DNA of 64,000 nucleotides from Bacteroidales bacterium. GTDB taxonomy: Bacteria; Bacteroidota; Bacteroidia; Bacteroidales; UBA10428. A model generated the notes under the pieces. It saw nothing but the letters and a program-made list of their open reading frames with translations, was not told where the DNA came from and did no database searches. The position numbers were made by a program, and so were the translations under genes. The DNA lies in contig CBDDKV010000002.1 in assembly GCA_965230395.1 (NCBI GenBank), forward strand, positions 1,408,947-1,472,946. Reading direction: 5' to 3'. This document shows, one piece after another, positions 21,201 through 28,240 of this stretch; positions within the stretch are counted from its first letter, which is position 1, and every line of letters starts with the position of its first letter.

Positions 21201-21782
21201 AGTCAGGCCAACTTCACTTTCTGTGATTTCGTTGTTTTTGTCGATGTATGTAAAACCGCTGTCTGTGAAGCTTGTCTGATCTATCCCGTTTTTATTTTCG
21301 GGGAAATCCGCCAGCAGAAAATCTTCAACCGGGTTATGGTTTTCATCGAAGGACCTTCTGAAAATCCGGATACGGTTCAGGTAGTCCGGTAGTTTATTGG
21401 TCCAGGTAAGAATGACCTGTCCGTATTTCTCATTATCTGAAGCCGAAAAGTACAGAATTCCGTCGGATGCTGCTGTTGGCTTCATTTGTATACCACTGTT
21501 GCTTCCCGGTTGAATTGTGCTTTTGGTTGTTGTCCCCTTTGGTCTTAGCTTAATGGATGTTGTTGCAAAAACCAAAGCAGGTTTATTTTCATCGCCGGTA
21601 TAAGCGGATTGAATGGTCACATTATTGTATCGCAGGGTATCCCGTACGTTAGCGTTCGTTCCATCGTAGTGCAAATCGCTGCTGTATTTGCCTACGCTGG
21701 TTTGGGCAATTGCACTGGTATCAAAAATCAAGATACACAGTATCAGTTGCGCCATCCATATATATAGTTTATATGTTCGCAT
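9222..21782 (-). CDS. giant (4186 aa) secreted multidomain surface protein, T9SS cargo
   Basis: Single uninterrupted ORF with a signal peptide ([18 protein letters not shown]). It contains a LamG-like module. There are at least 12 FN3-like modules with a recurring pattern (..SW.Y....F.IYR....Y.D....G..Y.Y.V.A). It also has carboxypeptidase-regulatory-like beta-sandwiches and a PA14 module. Further in are an unassigned central module with a coiled coil and Ig-like repeats, then a C-terminal T9SS sorting domain. Confidence 0.92.
   Translation of the reverse strand: [4186 protein letters not shown]
9225..9494 (-). other. T9SS type-A C-terminal sorting domain of the giant protein
   Basis: [19 protein letters not shown]...[14 protein letters not shown]...[23 protein letters not shown]. 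The YPNP start, alternating beta pattern and position at the extreme C-terminus fit the domain. Confidence 0.85.
11850..13920 (-). other. central module of the giant protein without recognisable family (approximate borders)
   Basis: Runs from [23 protein letters not shown] to ...[10 protein letters not shown]. It contains the coiled coil [38 protein letters not shown] (about 13255-13385). It also has Ser/Gly/Tyr-rich amphipathic beta stretches ([30 protein letters not shown]). Confidence 0.5.
17745..18045 (-). other. PA14-like module of the giant protein
   Basis: [43 protein letters not shown]...[24 protein letters not shown] is the characteristic PA14 pattern. Confidence 0.8.
20420..20830 (-). 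other. LamG / concanavalin-like lectin module of the giant protein
   Basis: WTNEFWIRL...[15 protein letters not shown]...[25 protein letters not shown]...[16 protein letters not shown] is the typical LamG_3-type pattern. Confidence 0.75.
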
Positions 21783-21924
21783 ATACTATTAATTATTAAT
21801 TATGAGTTATGAGTTGAGGGGTGTGAATTCCAGATTATGAATTATAAGTTATGCGTTGGTAATAGCAATTATTTTTGATGTATTACTAACGAATAATTCA
21901 TAACTTATCACTTATAACTCCTAA

Positions 21925-23400
21925 CTACTTATCATTCTTTTTTATTTCGTTAATTTGTTCCTGAAGTTCAATGATGTAAAGGGTAAGCTCTTCTACTTTT
22001 TCCATTAACATTTTATTGGCTTCGGCAACACCCAGCCCGTTTTTTTCAACTTCTTCTGCGGGTTTCACGTTGGGCAGGTGGCCGTTCTCTTCTATGTAGC
22101 CTTTTAACTCATCAATCGGTAGTCTTTCGTAACCGCTTTCAAAAACATAGTCGGGCCATCCCTGGTAGTCAAGGTCAATTTCCTGCGCTTTTATTTTTCC
22201 GTTTACTGCAAACTGGTAATTGTTTTTAAGTGTTTCTGTCGGGTTTCCAGAGCCAATGTATGTAAAGCCATCAACATACAGTTTTGCTACTTGTGCTATT
22301 TCCGTGCCAATAGCTACATTTCCGGTTTTAATAAAAAGGTTGCCTAAAGCAGCATCCCGGCCCATATAGATATTGTCACCAGCTTTTATGGGATCGATGT
22401 TAGCGCCACCATTCCATGCATCAATATCAAGTCCGTGCTCAACGTTACTAATAGAGGTTACAAATCTTGCTATTTGGCCATGACCAGTTAGATCTTTGAT
22501 ATGAAGAGTAGCACTTTGCGTTGAGTTCACCCCGATGCTCATTTTACCATTAACAGATAATGTGTTCTTCATTTTTACATTCCCTTCAACAGATAACGCG
22601 TTATTCATTTTCACATGTCCATCACCCTCAATTAAAATGCGTGTGTGATTGTTTGTTCCAAGATGGATATTGTTATTGCTTTCGTTCCATATAAAGGCAG
22701 CTCCATTATCGTGCTGGCCAATTGTGAAGGCATGGTTCGTATCGCCGTTTTTTGTGCGAAAGTAGAACCTGGCTGTACCAGAGGGTCGTACCAAGGTTGT
22801 TGTGTTTTTTAATTTTATCCCACCGTCAGCTTCTATTTTTAATCGCTCTTCGCCATTTGTTCCAAAATGGATATTATTATTGCTTTCATTCCATATAAAG
22901 GCAGCTCCATTATCATGTTGTCCAATTGCAAAAGCATGGTCAGTATTACCGTTTTTTGTGCGAAAGTAGAATCTTGCTGTACCAGACGCCGGGGATAATG
23001 TCATTAGATTCTTAAAGGTTGATGTGCTATTTACTTTTAAAGGCTTGTAAAAAATAGCCTCGCCAGTTAATCGGAGAATTTCATGTGTGTGTGAGAAAAA
23101 TGATATACCATATTCATTCGGGGACCCGGGAGTGCCGATGTGTGTTTCTCCACTTTTACGATTGTACAAAGATTTCAGGTTTATAATAAATTCTCCCTGA
23201 GCAATCTCGTCATTATTAATTCCCCATCCTATCCTAAAGCCATAAGCCTCTATTCCTTTCTGCTTATAGTGGTCACTCAGGTTCGTGTTATGTAGCGTTA
23301 AATTGCTCACCTGCCCCCAAATACTTAAGGGGGTTATCATAAAACATCCAATAATAATTGTTGCTTTTAAGCGTTTTTTGAAGTTGAATTTTGTTTTCAT
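21925..23400 (-). CDS. secreted fibre-like protein with internal duplication and a conserved C-terminal coiled-coil module (no T9SS CTD)
   Basis: Signal peptide. A unit of about 65 aa is duplicated (GTARFYFRTKNG[ND]T[DN]HAF[AT]IGQHDNGAAFIWNESNNNIH[FL]GTN). The C-terminus WPDYVFESGYERLPIDELKGYIEENGHLPNV...KMLMEKVEELTLYIIELQEQINEIKK recurs at the end of many Bacteroidota proteins annotated as tail-fibre-like. The gene lies directly upstream of the giant gene on the same strand. Confidence 0.85.
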   Translation of the reverse strand: MKTKFNFKKRLKATIIIGCFMITPLSIWGQVSNLTLHNTNLSDHYKQKGIEAYGFRIGWGINNDEIAQGEFIINLKSLYNRKSGETHIGTPGSPNEYGISFFSHTHEILRLTGEAIFYKPLKVNSTSTFKNLMTLSPASGTARFYFRTKNGNTDHAFAIGQHDNGAAFIWNESNNNIHFGTNGEERLKIEADGGIKLKNTTTLVRPSGTARFYFRTKNGDTNHAFTIGQHDNGAAFIWNESNNNIHLGTNNHTRILIEGDGHVKMNNALSVEGNVKMKNTLSVNGKMSIGVNSTQSATLHIKDLTGHGQIARFVTSISNVEHGLDIDAWNGGANIDPIKAGDNIYMGRDAALGNLFIKTGNVAIGTEIAQVAKLYVDGFTYIGSGNPTETLKNNYQFAVNGKIKAQEIDLDYQGWPDYVFESGYERLPIDELKGYIEENGHLPNVKPAEEVEKNGLGVAEANKMLMEKVEELTLYIIELQEQINEIKKNDK

Positions 23401-23491
23401 AATTGATTCTTTATTTTGGTTATAAATAGTTGTTTTTTTTTGATTAAATGATTGTCTTGTTAGAAGTGCGTCAGTGTTGTATTTACACGGA

Positions 23492-23582
23492 CAAAGTAAC
23501 GCAGAATGAAAATGTCAGCCTGAAAAAACAGGTTAACGAAAAGTAACATAAGGTTCAAATTAGGTTAACAAAAAGTTAACAA
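23492..23582 (-). promoter_or_regulatory. operator-promoter cassette P1 (two GTTAAC-type boxes + 27 nt + -7-like box)
   Basis: Gene-oriented reading: TTGTTAACTTTTTGTTAACCTA ... TATGTTACTTTTCGTTAACCTGTT, then 27 nt, then TTACTTTG. It lies about 90-180 bp upstream of the ATG at 23400. Confidence 0.65.
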
Positions 23583-24676
23583 AGCTTTGTTTTTGTTACC
23601 TGGTTTTGCTTTGTTTTTATGTATGTATTTGTTGGTTAGGTATGTAACACTTTTTGTGTGTGTCTTTTATCAAAAGTGCCCGGAAGAGAGAAAAATGAAT
23701 TTTGTATTCGATAAACCGGATTATTGCTCCGACAAACCAGATTATGATGAGGCCTTTCCGGATAAACAGACCATGTCTGATTTGTCTCGATGTTTCGGGA
23801 AGGACACACACAGCCAATGATTAATATCCATACCAATTCTCAGATCTGGTCATAAATTATAAACCTTTCTAACTATGCAATTTTATAGCTGTCTTTTTGG
23901 GGCTTTAAGAAAAAATTATAAAGACAAAGGTTTGGCAATAGTTCCTGACGCTTGGCTTTCATTGTTATATTATTTGAAGGGAATAGAACAGTTCAATTTT
24001 ATATATTTTGTCATTCAATGCCCCCAAGATTTTTCAAATTCTACCAAGTGTAATGACAGGGAAAATTGTAATTTTTTGCGCCTTGGCTTATACAGTGTGG
24101 CTGGTCCTCGAATAGTGCATTTTGCCTGTAATCTGTAATTGTGTGAGAGTGCTCAAGTTTTTCTTTTTATTCACCTGTTTGTGTCTTTAATTCATGTTCA
24201 TGAACTCCCTTTGGTCGGTACCATTGATGAAAAAGAAACCAACCGAATGAAATGAGTTCACGAACATTCCTAATACTATACACTTGTGAGTAAAAAACCT
24301 AGAAAAAAGTAAACTTGTCGGTTTTCCATTGCATACCCGACTCACGTGGCACATATTTTTTTTAGCGGCCTCTCAAAACATTGTCCCCTTTTCTTGTTTC
24401 CTTTACCTTAATATTACTAAATTATCAATTGGTTGATTTTTAGATAGGTATGTAATTCTGTCATCGGTAGATCCAATACTCTTTTAATGGATTACGCACC
24501 TTTGTGCTTGTTGTTGGAGTGGGTGGATAGGGTATTTTGGTGTTATTCGGATAAAGTGCCAACGGAGGGTAATTCCCGTGCACTACAAGTATAAAACTAA
24601 GACAAGATTCTTACCTGCAACGGTTTGTTGAATTAGTAAATCGTTTTTGTAGCACAATATTTTTTCATGTTAATAC

Positions 24677-27273
24677 ATGAAATTAATTTTGTGTCAAACA
24701 AATAACAATGGAATGCCAGGAAAAACTACAAACGCTATTTTTTTATCCCTGATCTTGTTTCAGATATTCACCTCAAATCTTCAGGCTAACGAAAGAAGTA
24801 ATTTACCATATATTATTGATAGTCTTGAAAAAGCGCTTTGGGAGCATGATAATTATGACACAACAAGGGTTAACCTTCAAATAGAAATTGCCAAGAAATA
24901 TTTTACAACAGATATAAATAAGCTAAAAGAAAATTCAGAAACAGCTATTGCTGTTGCTGAGTCAATCGGGTATGAAGCAGGAAAAGCAAAAGGTTTATTT
25001 TTGGTAGGGGTTTACTATAGAATAAATAGCCAGTATGATTCTGCATATTATTATTTTGAGTCAGCCCTGAACATATTTAATGAGCAAGAACTTGCTATGG
25101 ATGCCGCACGATGCATAATAGTTTGGGGAATATTTCCACTTCCCGGGGAAAGTACTCCAGGGCCAGAGAACATTATAAAATGGCAAGGGAGATTTTTCAT
25201 GAGAAGTTGAATTATGGAGGAGAAGCAGCAGTTTACCTTAATCTTGGCCGTATTGCAAATAAAAAGGGGGATATCCCAAGGTCTATTGAATTATTTAATA
25301 AGTCGCTGGATTTATACACAAAGGTAAAGGATAAGCCCAATCAATGTCTGTCACTAAGATTTCTGGGGAGGGCTTATAAAAAGTCAGGGAACTATTCTAT
25401 TTCAATAAAATATTACATGGATGCACTTGATATATCGAGGGAGTCGGGTAATAAAAATATTGAGTCGGTTGTATTACAGTCGGTAGGTGATGTGTTTTTC
25501 GAGCGGGAAGAATATAAAGATGCTCTCCGTTATTATGTGAATTCACTGGATATTACCAGGGAAATAAAAAGGGCACGAGATCTTCCCCAGAGATGCAATA
25601 AGGTAGCGCAGACTTATATGAAACTCGACAGTCTGGATAAAGCAATCGAATACTATACCAAATCGGTCAAATCAACCGGATATGGAAAAACGCATTTAAG
25701 CCTGGCCTATGCTTATGAAGGAATTGCTAAGATTTCTTTGAGGAAGGGAAGTCGGGAAGAAGCATCAAAATATTATAATAGAGCTTTACATGAAGTGAGG
25801 GGGACGAATGATGAGTTAGGCATTGCTGTAATTAACAATGGTTTTGGGGAATTCTTGTATCAGGACAGAAATATAGCAGTAGCTTTAGAATATTTTAAAA
25901 AGGGCTTAAAATATGCTCAGAAGGCCGGGTCAGTTTTAGAAGCCAGAAATGCCTATAAAGGGTTGGCAACTATTTATGAAGAACTTGGGGATTATAAAAA
26001 CGCACTGGAATGCTTTAAGCTGTACAAGCATATGACCGATAGTGTTCTGAACACAGAAAATACGAAAAACATTACACGCGAAATAACGAGATTACAATAT
26101 GAAGAGGAAATTAAGGAATTAGAACAAGAACAAAAAGACAGGGAAGCTGAATTGGAAAGAGAAAAACAAGAGAAGGTTATAATGCGCAATACATTTATAA
26201 TTGCTTTTTCCTTCCTGTTTATACTTGCAGCTTTTATCTTCTTTAGTCTGCAACCAAAAAGAAAGCACAATAAATTACTGGAAAGACTTAACAGTGAGAT
26301 TCTGAAACAAAAAGATGAGCTAAAAAAAACAAATGAAAAGCTTGTTGAGTTAGATGAGTTCAAACAAGGAATGACCGGTATGATTGTTCATGATCTTAAG
26401 AATCCGCTTAACGCTATTTTAAATCCATCCGCATCTCTCCCGCTTGAGGGACAGCTGAAAATGGCAAAGCAGTATGGAAAACAAATGCTCAACATGATCC
26501 TTAATATTCTCGACTTGCAAAAGTACCAGGATACCAAAATGGTTCTTGACTTGTCCGCTTGTAGTATTGTTAAGTTAATTAATAAGGCAATAGAGGAGGT
26601 TCAGTTTTTATGCGAATCAAAAAATATATCTGTAAAAAACAATGTGTTTTCAGACTTTGGAATAATGGCCGATTCGGAGATTCTTAACAGGGTGTTTATT
26701 AATTTGTTGACTAATGCTGTTAAGTTTTCACCCAGTGAAGGGGAAATTATCATTAAGGTAGAAATATTACCGGATACAGGTATGCTTAAAATTTTTGTTT
26801 CTGATGAGGGGGCAGGTATTCCGGACGATAAACTGGATGAGGTTTTTGATAAGTTTGCCCAGGTACAGGTAAAGGAATCAGGGACAGTAAAATCGACAGG
26901 GCTGGGGCTTACCTTTTGTAAAATTGCTGTTCATGCACATGGAGGAGAAATTAGAGTGGAAAGTGATCTGGGGAAAGGTTCAACGTTCTGGTTTACATTA
27001 TGTCCTGCAAATTCAGAAGAAACAGTTACTGCTGAAATAAAACCAGTTAGCGCAGAAAAGAACTTACCAAGGTTAACAGAAAAAGAAAAGGAAGGGATAT
27101 AGGCATATTTGAACCAACTAAGGGAAACAAAAATTTATCATATAAGCCGGTTAAGGAAAATCCTGTCGGAGGTAGACGCAGCAGGTGATGAAAATATGAA
27201 GCATTGGAAAGATTCCGTTGAAAACGCAATCTACTTAGAGAATAAGGAGGAATTTAAAATGTTGGTAGAATAA
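24677..27273 (+). pseudogene. TPR-repeat sensor histidine kinase, paralog of 4210..6645, with a frameshift and an in-frame stop
   Basis: ORFs 24677..25210 and 25111..27102 overlap in different frames, and the TPR text continues across the junction near 25105-25116. H-box MIVHDLKNPL; ATPase boxes LLTNAVKFS, DEGAGI, STGLGLTFC. After the TAG at 27100-27102 the same frame continues to 27273. It encodes AYLNQLRETKIYHISRLRKILSEVDAAGDENMKHWKDSVENAI. This matches the C-terminal extension of the intact paralog (LYALRNTRIYEISKLRKILAETESDKNENIERWKEAVERAV). Confidence 0.8.
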
Positions 27274-27527
27274 AAAAGGGAGGTGAAAATAATAAAAAGA
27301 AGTTTTATGTATAAAGACAAAAGTTACCCTGCTGTTCAAAAAAGAGCTCTCCGTCAACCCACGGAGAGACTCAGTATAATTCCTCAATACGTTGTTAAGT
27401 AAATCCATTTTTAACATTGTAAAAGGAATGTCTTTATTAAAACAATTTTTTGTAACAGAGGTTGAATTTAAAAACACCTGGAACACTTATTTAAGTGTTA
27501 ATGTTTCCGAAGTTGTTCGAATTATTC

Positions 27528-27803
27528 CTAAAATTTAGAATACAACTTTTCTGAACAAATTTGAGGGTGTCCAATAGTTATAATAATACATAATAGTAAT
27601 ATTGTCGCAAAAATAAGAAAATTATATGCGATATAACAAATTCTTCCAACAGAAAGTCGGACGGGCTTTGCTTCAGTCAAGTCTACAATGAGATACTCAG
27701 ATAGAAAATAATAGCATATCCATCGTTTTTTTAATGTCTGGCTAAGAGTCTGTTTGTGAGGGCACAATGTTGCTCGCGCATTCATTGTTTCAGAAGTGTC
27801 CAT
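27528..27803 (-). CDS. possible small membrane protein (weak call)
   Basis: 91-aa ORF with one hydrophobic segment (IAYNFLIFATILLLCIIITIG). No other support. Confidence 0.25.
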   Translation of the reverse strand: MDTSETMNARATLCPHKQTLSQTLKKRWICYYFLSEYLIVDLTEAKPVRLSVGRICYIAYNFLIFATILLLCIIITIGHPQICSEKLYSKF

Positions 27804-28040
27804 GCCCTTCGGTTTTAGTTTTAGTTTAAGCTTGTCATTGTTCCGTGGTCCTTAATACGCGGGGGAGTGTCTTTTTTTATTTTGCTTGGTTCGCGGTGTG
27901 GCCTGGCCTAAGGATGACAGCACGGATGAACTTTTCGGGGCATTACTGCCGGGTCGAATTAAGCTGGCCTTTCAGGCCGAAAATCCTGGTTCGTGGAAAT
28001 GGTTATGAGGTGTTTGATGTGTTTTGATGGATTGAAAACA

Positions 28041-28064
28041 CAGATCCCGGAGGCCCGGGATCTG
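28041..28064. terminator. GC hairpin, terminator-like on both strands
   Basis: CAGATCCCGG-aggc-CCGGGATCTG, followed by GTTTTCTCGTTTG on the plus strand and TGTTTTCAAT on the minus strand. It is homologous to the hairpin at 32397-32418. Confidence 0.45.
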
Positions 28065-28240
28065 GTTTTCTCGTTTGCAAACCGCAAACTTTGAATTAAC
28101 CACCGAACTACTATATCTTTTGCTGTATGCAGTCTTTTAAACTGAATGAAGGACCGTTAAATTCCGACAAAATTTACCGAAAATTCATTTTATAATCATC
28201 GTTACAAATTCTTTAAATGTTCCTTTGGCTTCATACATTA

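Noticed and set aside
9651-21392. Many 60-130-aa ORFs inside the giant gene, on the opposite strand or in other frames
   Set aside because: All are fully embedded in a 12.6-kb ORF with clear domain content. Their compositions are Cys/Phe/Val-rich mirror translations, so they are shadow ORFs.
23587-24138. ORFs 23587..23820, 23617..23817, 23636..23836 and 23875..24138 in the gap between cassette P1 and the decayed kinase
   Set aside because: They overlap one another on both strands, are Cys/Phe-rich with no motifs, and have no promoter-like context. I treat the region as non-coding.
25992-26363. 123-aa minus-strand ORF inside the kinase pseudogene
   Set aside because: It is a low-complexity Ser/Phe/Leu mirror of the E/K-rich coiled-coil coding segment.
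27100-27102. In-frame TAG in the kinase paralog as a recoded (pyrrolysine) codon, and TGA at 63552-63554 as selenocysteine
   Set aside because: There is no Pyl or Sec machinery or SECIS-like context in view. The kinase gene also carries a frameshift, and the helicase gene has an IS at its 3' end. Plain nonsense mutations are far more likely.
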